Translations under genes and position numbers: made by a program
NCBI GenBank assembly: GCA_038227875.1
Contig: JBBRPR010000033.1
Location: 1 to 64,000, forward strand
Reading direction: 5' to 3'
From: Planctomycetota bacterium
Lineage (GTDB): Bacteria; Planctomycetota; SZUA-567; H5-PLA8
DNA length: 64,000 nucleotides
Part shown: positions 29,727-39,141 of the stretch, in pieces
Numbering within the stretch: position 1 is the stretch's first letter
How the letters are laid out: the number at the start of each line of letters is the position of its first letter
The notes under the pieces: model-generated
What the model was told of the DNA's origin: nothing
The model's database searches: none
What the model saw: only the letters and a program-made list of their open reading frames with translations

Positions 29727-30935
29727 TTATCCGCGGCGGCGGTGATGGAGGGCAGCGCGTTCGCGTTCGCCTTTTTCGAACTTCTCAAACTCTTCGCGCG
29801 CCGGTTCCGCACCTTTGTTGTCCTTGCTGAACTTTTCGCGGAAATCCTTCCACTTCGCCTGGCGTTCGGCGGACAGCTCGCTCGACCAGTGCTTGCCGCC
29901 TTCGCCGCGCAGAGCCGCGAGGCCCGAACCTGCTCCTGCACCGGCCCCAGATCCCGCCGTGGACCGCGCATGCGAGGCCGCCGTGCTGGAACCCGACCCG
30001 GAAGTGCCGGTGCTGTTCGGTTTGGTCACCGAGCGTTCAGTATTGCCGCTATAATCCCACTTACCGTTGGATTCCTTGGTCAGCTCGCCAGTGCGGTCGA
30101 TTGTTTCCGTCTTGCCGTTGGCGAACGTCTTGGTCACCTGCTCGTCGACCGTCTTCGTGCCGTTGCCGTTGTTGACGACTTCGGTATCGCGGTTGGTGGT
30201 CCAGGTGGATTCTTTGCCGTTGGGACCTTTCGCATCGCCGGTCGTCGTGCTGGTGCGGTCGAAGCCGTTGCTCGTCCGCGTTTGTTCGCCGGTGGTGTTG
30301 CGGGTGATCTCGGCGCCGTTGCTCACGTTCGTGTCGCTGCTGCGCGTGAAGTCATAGCCGTCGGCGGTCTTCTGCGTCGTGCCGTTGCGGTTGGTGGTCC
30401 AATCGGTTTCCTTCCCGGCGGCGTTCTTGTGTTCGCCAGTCGTCGTCGAATTCCACGTCCCGTCGCCCTGTCCATCGCGGTGCGACGCGCCGGTGGTCTG
30501 TGTCTGCGACGATCCGCCGTTGGAGTTCGTGGTGTTCGATTCGCGCGTCCAGTCGTGTCCATCGCTGGTCTTGGTCACCGTGCCCGAACTGTCGGTCGTC
30601 CACGTCTTGCCGGTCTGATTATTCGTCGCCGTCGTCGTGCCGCTCCAGGTGTGGCCGTCGGGCGTTTTCTGAACGGTGCCGCTGCTGTCGGCCGACCACG
30701 AATGTCCGTTGTTCTCGTTGGTCGTGGTGCTGGTCGCCTGCCAGGATTTGGTGCCATCGGGATTGGTGATCCACTGTCCGCTGGCGGTGGTGTTGAATTC
30801 TGTCGTCGTCGTGGTCGATCCATCGGAGCTGTCGGCCGCGCGCGCACTCGTGAGCAGCGATGCGAACGCCACGGCAAGCGCTGCCGAGGTGATGCGTTTA
30901 ATCCAGCGTTGGAGTTTTGAGTTCTGTGGTTTCAT
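29727..30935 (-). CDS. secreted Thr/Ser/Gly/Asn-rich beta-hairpin repeat protein
   Basis: AAGGAGAGG RBS, signal peptide ending 'ARAA', recurring strand-turn units (DG/NG turns, periodic Trp). Confidence 0.85.
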   Translation of the reverse strand: MKPQNSKLQRWIKRITSAALAVAFASLLTSARAADSSDGSTTTTTEFNTTASGQWITNPDGTKSWQATSTTTNENNGHSWSADSSGTVQKTPDGHTWSGTTTATNNQTGKTWTTDSSGTVTKTSDGHDWTRESNTTNSNGGSSQTQTTGASHRDGQGDGTWNSTTTGEHKNAAGKETDWTTNRNGTTQKTADGYDFTRSSDTNVSNGAEITRNTTGEQTRTSNGFDRTSTTTGDAKGPNGKESTWTTNRDTEVVNNGNGTKTVDEQVTKTFANGKTETIDRTGELTKESNGKWDYSGNTERSVTKPNSTGTSGSGSSTAASHARSTAGSGAGAGAGSGLAALRGEGGKHWSSELSAERQAKWKDFREKFSKDNKGAEPAREEFEKFEKGERERAALHHRRRG

Positions 30936-31314
30936 CGGTTTAACCCTCTCCTTGGTGCGGTCTTTTAAGACACGTTTCGGACTGCGGTTAACTAAATGGC
31001 AAGCGCGGGACCAGCGCGCCTCAAGGTCAAAATTTTCCGCCACTACCGGCGCCCACGATTTGCATAAAGTATTGAAGCAGTAGGTACTTCCACTCGCCTA
31101 AGCCCCACACTATTTTTCTTCACCACCGTGCCACAAAGTTCATGCATTCCATTGCCGGGCGTCATTTTGTGGAATTGTCCTACGACGTGCGGCGACCTGC
31201 GGCGACGTGCGGCAGTGCGCGCGAGTGCATCAAACCACACGCGATTTTTCTCAGAGGTCGCCGGGCTTCGCCTTGTATAGTTGCCTCAAGATTTCCGAAT
31301 TGTGGGAGAACTCG

Positions 31315-32418
31315 ATGACCACCGCGCTGCGCATACTGCTCGCGACCGCCTGCCTCTGTTCGCTTCGCACATTTTCTGGCGAGGCCGACGGGTCGCTCAA
31401 ACAAAAGGGAGAACGCGTCGAAGAATTGCTCAGCGCGTTTGTTCCCGCGAGTGGACCTGGCGCGGCGATTCTGGTGATTCAGGACGGGAAGAAGATTTAC
31501 GAGAAGTGCCACGGCGACGCCAACATCGCCGAGAAAATTCCGATCACGCCGGAGACCAACTTCGAACTCGCCTCCGATTCCAAACAGTTCACCGCGATGG
31601 CGATCATGATGCTGAAAGAGGAGGGAAAGCTGGAGTACTCCGATCACCTCTCGAAATTCCTTCCCGAATTCAAAGACGTCGGCCGTGAAATCACCATCGC
31701 GCATCTGCTTCATCACACCGCGGGGCTGAAGGATTACTTCGACGTCTGGGACAAACACGGCAAGGGCGAGATCACCGCGCGGCGCGTGATGGAACTGCTG
31801 GCCAAACAAGACAAGCTGCGCTTCGCGCCCGGTGAAAAGTACGAGTACAGCAACTCCGGCTACATGGTCCTGGCGCAGGTGATCGAAAAAGTCTCCGGCA
31901 AACGCTACGCGGAGTTCCTGCGTGAGAAAATTTTCGCGCCGCTGAAAATGGAGGACTCCGAAGTCTTCGACGAGACGCACCCGAAGATCAAACACGGCGC
32001 CGCCTGCTACAAACACACGCGCGAAGGCTGGGAGAAAATCAAGCACGACGATTGGGACAACGTCTACGGCGACGGCAGCATCCGCTCCACGCTCAACGAT
32101 CTGTATAAATGGGACCAGGCGCTCTACACCGAGAAACTGATCAAAGCCAGCACGCTGGAAACAGCCTTCACGTCCGGAAAGCTGAACGATGGCTCCGACA
32201 CCGGTTACGGTTTCGGCTGGGAGATCGACACGTACCATCGCGCCACTGTTGTTTCGCACAGCGGCGAGTGGCTCGGCTACGAGAATTTCATCTACCGCAT
32301 CCCCGAATGGAATTTCACCGTGATCTTTCTATCCAACGGCAGCTTCGCGAAGCAATCCGACAAGTTGATCGGCGAAGTAGTGCGCGTATTTTATCCAAAA
32401 GGAAAGGGGAAAGAGTGA
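31315..32418 (+). CDS. serine hydrolase, beta-lactamase class C/PBP-like family, secreted
   Basis: SxxK (SDSK), 'LLHHTAG', YSN, HSG motifs; GGAG RBS. Confidence 0.92.
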   Translation: MTTALRILLATACLCSLRTFSGEADGSLKQKGERVEELLSAFVPASGPGAAILVIQDGKKIYEKCHGDANIAEKIPITPETNFELASDSKQFTAMAIMMLKEEGKLEYSDHLSKFLPEFKDVGREITIAHLLHHTAGLKDYFDVWDKHGKGEITARRVMELLAKQDKLRFAPGEKYEYSNSGYMVLAQVIEKVSGKRYAEFLREKIFAPLKMEDSEVFDETHPKIKHGAACYKHTREGWEKIKHDDWDNVYGDGSIRSTLNDLYKWDQALYTEKLIKASTLETAFTSGKLNDGSDTGYGFGWEIDTYHRATVVSHSGEWLGYENFIYRIPEWNFTVIFLSNGSFAKQSDKLIGEVVRVFYPKGKGKE

Positions 32419-32440
32419 TGCCGAATGCCGAATGCCGAAT
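32418..32440 (+). repeat. heptamer tandem repeat (ATGCCGA)x3
   Basis: ATGCCGAATGCCGAATGCCGAAT directly before the family A repeat. Confidence 0.8.
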
Positions 32441-32822
32441 AACCCGCAAGGGGTGGCCCGGCCCAGAGCGGAGCGACGGGCCGGGTTGCGTGAGCAACAA
32501 GAAGGTGCAGGACAGACACACCCCTGCCGAAAATTCATCAGACTTCGAAGCGTGCCGGACGTGCACGGGAATGCGATCGGGTTGAGCGCGGTCGAGAGAG
32601 AATTCAGAATTCAGATTGATGAATCCGTGAGCGGGAATCGAGGCTCGCCTCTCAAGTCATCGCCAAAATCCGCGAGGGGTGAGCAACGCGAACAAGAACC
32701 TCGTCGGTGCGATGGATCAGTCCAAGACGGTCCCGAGAACATGGAAGGTTGCTTCGCTCACTCCGTGCGTAGCCAGTGCCGAGCGAAGCGCAGCACATCT
32801 AGCCCAACGCTATCGGCGACAA

Positions 32823-32893
32823 AGCCCAGGGTTGCGCCGCAGCGCTACCCTGGGTCACGATTCACCCTGCGCGGAGCAACTCTGAAGGAGTTG
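32823..32893. repeat. REP-like palindromic unit, family C
   Basis: CCCAGGGT-TGCGCCGCAGCGCT-ACCCTGGG hairpin followed by a CAACTC-TGAAG-GAGTTG hairpin; single copy here. Confidence 0.55.
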
Positions 32894-33136
32894 TGGCTTC
32901 CAAGTCGATGGCGCGACCCATAACCCTGAGAATCCTTCGCGATTAAATCCAATTCCAATAAAATAATCCCAACTTTTCGTCGTCCATAACTCATTCACTC
33001 TCAATATCTAACGACACACACCCAATATCAGATTAGGAATCTATTCGGTTTTGTCTTGATCTTCGGTCTATTCATGATGTATACTCCAATTGTCAGGTTC
33101 TCAACCGGAGGACCTATTTATAAGGAGTAGGTTGCC

Positions 33137-34054
33137 ATGCAACCCCTTCACGAAACTGCGGCTCAGTCCGCGAACAACAGCAACACCGGGGCTCCCGCCG
33201 AATCAGCCCCTCAGACACAACCGGTCTTGGAAAACGGACCGGCATTACCGATCCACGCCTCGGCGGCGATTTTCCCGCCGATGCGCGAGTCGGAGTTCGA
33301 CGCCCTCGTCGCCGACATCCGCGAAAAGGGCCAGTTGGAGGCCGTCTGGCTCTGGCAAGGTCAGGTCATCGACGGACGCCATCGAGTTCTGGCGTGCCAG
33401 AAACTCGGTCTGACGCCGAAGACGCGCGAGTGGGACGGCCAGGGTTCGCTGCTCGAATTCATCGTCTCCGCGAACCTGCGGCGGCGGCACCTGAAAGAGA
33501 ATCAGCGGGCAATGATTGGTGCGCGGATGTTGCCGCAGTTCGAAGAAGAGGCACTGTTGCGGAAGAAGTCGGGAGGTGTGGTGGATTTTAACCATCCCGC
33601 AAATTTGCGGTATGGTACAGCCGCCCACCAAGTGGCTCTTCTACTTTCTGTGTCAGAAAGAAGTATTACATCCGCGAAGAAACTTCGTGAACACGGAATT
33701 CCTTCACTGATCTCTCGTGTTGACGAAGGCAAACTCGCGGTCTCGACGGCGGCGAAGATCGCGGAGTTTCCTCCGGAGGAGCAGCAGCAGTTGCTGAAAC
33801 TGAGCAAGCCGGAGCTTGGCAAAATTGTGCGGCCGAAAGAAAAGGTGTTGGTGAAACCTCCGCTCCCGAAGGAAGCGGTGACGACGGGCGCACCCGCGTA
33901 CCGGTCGTTCTCCGGAGAACTATCGTACACACCGGAGAATGGCTACCGGCTGAAATTGTCGCGCGACCGGTACAAGCGGCAGTTCCGCGAAGCCGCGCGC
34001 AACGACGCGTTCATCGAAAAGCTGGTGCACGGCATGTTCGTGTATGTCGAGTGA
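33137..34054 (+). CDS. ParB/Srx-like N-terminal-domain protein (phage/MGE type)
   Basis: 'IFPPM...FDALVADIREKGQLEAV...IDGRHR..AC..LG...SANLRRRHL..NQRAMI'; HTH-like middle; TAAGGAG RBS. Confidence 0.85.
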   Translation: MQPLHETAAQSANNSNTGAPAESAPQTQPVLENGPALPIHASAAIFPPMRESEFDALVADIREKGQLEAVWLWQGQVIDGRHRVLACQKLGLTPKTREWDGQGSLLEFIVSANLRRRHLKENQRAMIGARMLPQFEEEALLRKKSGGVVDFNHPANLRYGTAAHQVALLLSVSERSITSAKKLREHGIPSLISRVDEGKLAVSTAAKIAEFPPEEQQQLLKLSKPELGKIVRPKEKVLVKPPLPKEAVTTGAPAYRSFSGELSYTPENGYRLKLSRDRYKRQFREAARNDAFIEKLVHGMFVYVE

Positions 34055-34072
34055 TGGCGCTGTAACGTCCGG

Positions 34073-34115
34073 GCGGCTCGCGGAAAATGGCGAATCAATA
34101 TTTTCCGCGAGCCGC
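34073..34115 (+). terminator. 16-bp hairpin after the ParB-like gene
   Basis: GCGGCTCGCGGAAAAT/ATTTTCCGCGAGCCGC; no U-tail, so it may belong to the repeat instead. Confidence 0.5.
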
Positions 34116-34259
34116 AGTCCTTGAGCGCCCGTCGCTCCGCTCTGGGCCGGTCCACCCCTCGCGGGTTGATCCCCGCTCCCCGGATTCATCATTCATCAAT
34201 CATCGTTCTGAATTTGTCCTCATCATCACTCTGAATTCTGAATTTCTTGGGCAGCGCGC

Positions 34260-35144
34260 TCAGTAGCTCTCAGGCTGATTGGCCGTGGCAATGCCGACCG
34301 CGATGCCTACAAGCACGGCGATGAAAATTAACCGCACCACCGCAATCTGCCACGGTTTGAGCCGCTTCACGAACGGCAATTCGGCGATCCAGGCCGCAAA
34401 CGCGGCGGCGGTGAGCAGCACGGCACAGCTGAGCGGGACGTCGGTGAGAAAATGGCCAAGTACTACATAGAGAAACCCGAGCGGCGCAACAACCATCGAC
34501 ATGCCGCGCGCGAGAGGAAATTTGGGGAACAAGAGCGAACCCACGAATATCGCGCCCGCGATCGCGGTCAGCGTGCCGCACAGCATTGCATATTTCGCGC
34601 CGCCGGAAAGCGAGATGACTCTGCTGGTTCCTACGACCACCACAAAGACCGCCGCCGCCGTATCGAAGCTCCGGTTGCGCCGCGCGATTGCGGCCCACGA
34701 TTCCCATTGCAGCAACAGCGCCGCGGAGATCGCGGGGACGAACGTCCAGACGTTCTCGGGTTGATTGCGGCGGATCGGCGTCAGCACCAGCCAGACGGCA
34801 ACGGCCGATATCACCGCGCGGAGCAGAAAAAGCGAAAAGCTGAATTTCGCGGCCGTCTTGTCGCTCCGCGCAGACATCGCATCCAGCGCCGCGATCAGGC
34901 CGAACGGCAACGCGAGATAGAACAGCCAGTGCGCCGCATCAATCGGCGGAAATTTAGGCAGCGTATCCTGGCCCCATTGTCCGGCCATGTACGCCAGCAT
35001 GCAGCCGAGGCCCGCTCCGAAGCTCATGCGCGCGGACAGGTCCTGCGTGTTGATCGTCTTGCGGTCCGTGAGCCAAAACGGCAACAACACCGCCACTACA
35101 ATGGCGCACGGAATTCCAACGACGTAGGCAATGAGTTGAATCAT
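34260..35144 (-). CDS. integral membrane hypothetical protein (~9-10 TM)
   Basis: Continuous hydrophobic helices; co-oriented downstream of yceI. Confidence 0.75.
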   Translation of the reverse strand: MIQLIAYVVGIPCAIVVAVLLPFWLTDRKTINTQDLSARMSFGAGLGCMLAYMAGQWGQDTLPKFPPIDAAHWLFYLALPFGLIAALDAMSARSDKTAAKFSFSLFLLRAVISAVAVWLVLTPIRRNQPENVWTFVPAISAALLLQWESWAAIARRNRSFDTAAAVFVVVVGTSRVISLSGGAKYAMLCGTLTAIAGAIFVGSLLFPKFPLARGMSMVVAPLGFLYVVLGHFLTDVPLSCAVLLTAAAFAAWIAELPFVKRLKPWQIAVVRLIFIAVLVGIAVGIATANQPESY

Positions 35145-35370
35145 ATATTTTTAGAACGACGCCGAATGCCAGTGAGGATTAAGCCCAAGCGAAACCGCAT
35201 CGCTCTCGATGAGTGGCCCGGCACGGATAATTTTGAATTGCTTCGGTGACAACAATTCAAAATTAAGAATTCAAAATTATCCGTGCCAGCCTCCGCCGTA
35301 TTCAACACGCATCGAACGTACTCAACGCGTGCTCAATTTCGACATTCGACATTCCTCTCTCGACATTCCA

Positions 35371-35940
35371 CTACTTGACCGCTTCCACCGCGACGGTCAG
35401 CTGCACATCGTCGCCGATCATGGCGGGCATGAAGTTCATGCCGTAATCGGAGCGCTTGATCGTGAACGTGCCTTCGTAGCCGATGTGCGTGCCCATCTTC
35501 GGGTCCGACATCGCGCCGGTCTTCACGAACGTCACCTTGATCGACTTGGTCACGCCGTGGAGCGTCAGGTCGCCGGTGATATCGAGAGCGCCTTCTTCCT
35601 TGCCTTTCTCGACGGTCTTGCTCTTAAAGGTGATCGTCGGGAACTGGACGGCGTCGAAAAAGTCGGCTTTCTTCAGATGCTGGTCGCGCTTGGGCTCGTG
35701 CGTGTCGACGTTGTCGGACTTCAATTCGACTTCCACCGAACTGCCCGCCGGATTGGCATCGTCGACGACGATCGTGCCGGTCGGTTCGTTGAAGCGGCCA
35801 TAGGTGTTGCTGGTGTTCATATGCTTGATCTTGAAGATCACAAACGAATGAACGGGGTCGAGCTTGTACGTGTCGGCGGCATGAACCAGCGGGATGCCCG
35901 CGAGCAGAACAGTGGCCAGCAGCCAGGTCTTCGTCTTCAT
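35371..35940 (-). CDS. yceI: YceI family polyisoprenoid-binding protein
   Basis: 'YKLDPVHS...F.IKH', 'RDQHLK..DFFD..QFPTITFKS', 'GDLTLHGVTK', 'IKRSDYG'; GGAGG RBS. Confidence 0.93.
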   Translation of the reverse strand: MKTKTWLLATVLLAGIPLVHAADTYKLDPVHSFVIFKIKHMNTSNTYGRFNEPTGTIVVDDANPAGSSVEVELKSDNVDTHEPKRDQHLKKADFFDAVQFPTITFKSKTVEKGKEEGALDITGDLTLHGVTKSIKVTFVKTGAMSDPKMGTHIGYEGTFTIKRSDYGMNFMPAMIGDDVQLTVAVEAVK

Positions 35941-35995
35941 GTTGACAGTGCCTCCAGTAAGTGCGTCCGTGCGCCCTGAAGCGCGCGGACTTGGG

Positions 35996-38212
35996 TTATT
36001 TCTTCTCAGTACTCGATCCACTCAGGATCGCTTTCAACTCCGCCGCACCCGCGGCGGTCTTGATACCTGCCGAAGTCTCCACACTGACGCTGACGGAGTG
36101 CTTCTCATTCGATTCATGGTGGACGGTGACCACTTTCCACGGCGCGTAGAGCTGCGCGGCGGTCTCCACCAGTTCGCGCACCGGAGCGGATTTGGATTCG
36201 CCGGTGATTGTAACTACTGTCACCCCGTTTTGCAGTGCATCCGCGACGGATGTCAGCGTCGCGGCGTAAGGCCCCAGCTTCGGCATTCCGGCGGCGAAGG
36301 CTTCGACCGTGGCTTCGGCGCGATCGTGGTACATCAGATTTCCCGTCAGCGCGTACAGCCGCATGCAACCCTGAGCGATCAGCCCGTTGGCCGGCGGTTC
36401 GGCGGTGTCCATGTACGCTTTCTGCGTCCACGGCAGACTGGTCAGCGGTTCGGCGTTCACGCCGGCGATGCGGTCGAAGTGGCCGCCGTCGACAGGGTCC
36501 CAGAAATTCTGATTCAAGCGCTTGTAGCTGGCCTCCGCCTGTTCGCGGAAGTAGACCTCGCCAGTGACTTCAAACGCGACCGTGCATGCCGCGAAAACCG
36601 CCGCTTCATCCTGCGCCAGGCCCACGCCACCATCGGTATTCGCAGCGCCGGGCACACGGCGGCCGAGCAGCACGTGAACCATGCGGCTGCCATTGGCGCC
36701 GGCACCGGCCTGGATGCCGTGGGTCAGGATTTCCTTGAGTACCTTCGTTCCGGTCTCGACCCAGTCGGGATGATTGAGCGCGCGTCCGCATTCCAGTTGC
36801 GCGGCGGCCATCAGGGCGTTGGCGTCGACGTAGAGATTTTCGTCCACCGGCGGAGCGGGTCGGGCATTGCGCGCTTTGAGTAACTGCTCGTGAATTTTCG
36901 GCAGGCGCTTGAGCGCTTCGGCTTCGTCTATGCCCGCGGCTTTCGCGGCGGCGCTCAGCGGCAGGGCTTCGAAGAGCACGTTCCGGTCCGGCGCGGTCTG
37001 CGGGGCGTCGCCGAGTTCGGCGATGTCGTAGAGCGCGCAGGCGAGTTTGCAATCGGTGTTGTCGCGCAACGCGTTCTCGACTTCCTTGATCGTCCACGTG
37101 TAGTAATCGCCTTCGTCGACGCTGCTGACGTCGGCCGACTGCGAACCGCACCACCCGGCAGCACCGTTGCGCGGGTTGTCCGGATTATTCCAGAGCGGCG
37201 GGGAATTCCAGCAGCGCACGGTCTTCTCGATCGCTTCCTTATAGGTGGGATTGCCGGTTGCCTACCAGGCGTGGAGCAGCACCGGCAGCATCTCGGCGTT
37301 GAGCGTCAGCATTTTTTCGAAGCGCGGCGCGCGCCAGAAGCGGTCGACGCAGTAGCGGTGAAAGCCGCCGCCGAGCCGGTCGAAAATCGCGCCGCGGAGC
37401 ATGGCGTCGAGCGTGACGGTGACGACTTTGAGGCTGTCGGCGTTTTTCGTTCGGCCAAAATTAAGCAGGCAGGCATCCAGCCCGCGCGGGGCGGGGAAGC
37501 GGTTGGGTTCAAGCTTCGAGCCGCCGAAACGTTCATCGAGCGTCGCCTGCATGCCGCTGGTGAGCTGCAAAATCGCCTGCGGCGGCAGCGGCCCGGCGGT
37601 CTTCTCGTTCTCCTGCGTTTTTTTGAAGAGCAGATCGACGGTGTCGGCGCGTTCGTAGACTTTCGGCTGCGCTTCCATCCACAGCGCCGCAACCCAGCGC
37701 AGCGTGGCGCGCAGGCCGGGCTTTTCGTTCTGGAAATCGTCGTCGGCGGTGTACGACGTGCCGCCGAAAAATACTTTCCCGCCGGGCGTGAGGCAGACGG
37801 TCAGCGGCCAGCCGCGCACGTTGGAGATCACCTGCACGGCCTGTTGCAGGCGCAGGTCCACGTCGGGTCGCTCATCGCGGTTGAGTTTGACGGGGATGAA
37901 GTAATCGTTGATCAGCGTGGCGACGCCGGCTTCGGCGAAGGCGGTGCGTTCCATTACGCGTCCGGCGTGGCACCACGGTGCGGTGACGAAAAGGAGAATC
38001 GGTTTGTTCACTTTCGACGCTTCGGCGAACGATTCGTTCCACGTGCGCCACTTGACGGTGCCGGTGCCCTTCTCGACGCCCGGATCGTTCTCGTTGCGCG
38101 GCGTGAAGGCGCGCGGATTCCACGGCGGCGTGGCCGGCGCGGTTTCCTGCGCGGCGAGCGCGGTGAATGAGGCCATGAAGAGTGCAACAACGAGTTGGGA
38201 GGTGGAACGCAT
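35996..38212 (-). pseudogene. YyaL/SSP411 (DUF255 thioredoxin + six-hairpin glycosidase-like) gene with one in-frame TAG at 37262-37264
   Basis: ORFs 37262-38263 and 35996-37219 share a frame: ...LLHAW*ATGNPTYKEAIEKTV...; motifs 'DERPDVD', 'GWPLTV.LTP', 'GGGFHRY.VD..W..P.FEKML', 'EGDYYTWT'. Confidence 0.8.
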
Positions 38213-38301
38213 GGGACTAATGTACTGTGCGGTAGGCAAGAGTCTAACGGAGTGGCGGGGCAAAATTAAAAATTCAAAGTAAAAAACGCACGCGGAAGAA
38301 G

Positions 38302-38444
38302 TGGTGCCATGGATGCATAAATTTCTGAGCGTAGCGAAGAAAACTATTCATCCGTGCAATGCGTATTTCCCAAGTGAGGACGCGCAACGCACGGATGAAC
38401 GGACACTTTCGCTACGCTCAAGTGTCCGCGCATCCGTGGCACCA
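38302..38444. repeat. REP doublet (REPIN-like), family B
   Basis: TGGTGCCA(T/C)GGATG...CATCCGTG hairpin units in inverted orientation; second copy at 47585-47828. Confidence 0.85.
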
Positions 38445-38479
38445 ATACTATCGGCGCGCGTTCTAAATTTTGAATTCAG

Positions 38480-39037
38480 CTAGCCGCCCTCGGGAATCGG
38501 GCCGTCGGTGTCCGCCCATTCGATCTCGTCGCGCTGGTGGGAGTCGAGGTTCAGGCTGTCGCCGATTTCGTAGGTCAGGCGGGTGCCTTTCATGCTGGCA
38601 CCTAAGAAGGAGCACATTTCAAAAATGGAGATGCGCAGGTCGGCGCCGTCGAGAATGGCGTGTTTGAAGCTGCATTGCTTGTAGACCGAGCCGCGCAGGT
38701 CAGCGTGATTTAGCAGCGCGTGGGCAAAATCGCAGTCGTGGAAGTTGTTCCAGCAGAAGACGGCAGACTTCAAATCGCTGCGGTAGAAATTCACGTTCTG
38801 CAGCGTGGAACGGCAGATACCGAGCGTATCGAGCGTGAGTTTGCACAAATTATGGTCTTCAACCTCGGTGCGAAAAAACGAGATCCGTTCGCTTTCCGGA
38901 TCGAAGCGAGAGGTATAGGTCTTCGGATCGAACGCGCCGGAGTCTTGTTGTTTGGGCGTGATGAAAGCGCCCAGTTTGGTCAGGTATTTCCACGAGTCCT
39001 GCTGACTTTTGCGACGGTGCTCAGACATGATGTCCAT
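38480..39037 (-). CDS. pentapeptide repeat protein
   Basis: 'SDLKS AVFCW NNFHD CDFAH ALLNH ADLRG...AILDG ADLRI'; AAAGGAG RBS near 39040-39048. Confidence 0.88.
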   Translation of the reverse strand: MDIMSEHRRKSQQDSWKYLTKLGAFITPKQQDSGAFDPKTYTSRFDPESERISFFRTEVEDHNLCKLTLDTLGICRSTLQNVNFYRSDLKSAVFCWNNFHDCDFAHALLNHADLRGSVYKQCSFKHAILDGADLRISIFEMCSFLGASMKGTRLTYEIGDSLNLDSHQRDEIEWADTDGPIPEGG

Positions 39038-39141
39038 CGTGCTCCTTTTGATTTGCTTTCCTCATTTTTACCGTGTTGGAATTGAGAGTCTATTAGAATG
39101 TAGGGCCACTCCAGTAACTCAGATTGAGGGGCATTCCGGCG

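Larger units (their letters stand above)
32441..34167. mobile_element. inverted-repeat-bounded cassette carrying a ParB-like gene (no transposase)
   Basis: 41-bp IRs at 32441-32481 and 34127-34167, 39/41 identical; no clear target-site duplication. Confidence 0.5.

Noticed and set aside
31315..32418. Antibiotic-resistance island (beta-lactamase-like, pentapeptide/Qnr-like, AAC(3))
   Set aside because: The genes are dispersed members of broad superfamilies with no integron or IS context; resistance cannot be inferred.
32432..32923. 163-aa ORF inside the IR-bounded cassette as a possible transposase
   Set aside because: It is translated through REP palindromes and has no HUH, DDE or recombinase motif.
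33137..34054. Chromosome partition locus or prophage
   Set aside because: No parA, parS-like palindrome, integrase or phage structural genes nearby.
37262..37264. Alternative genetic code or pyrrolysine recoding
   Set aside because: Several other genes end at TAG at natural C-termini and no pyl genes are seen; a single case is insufficient.
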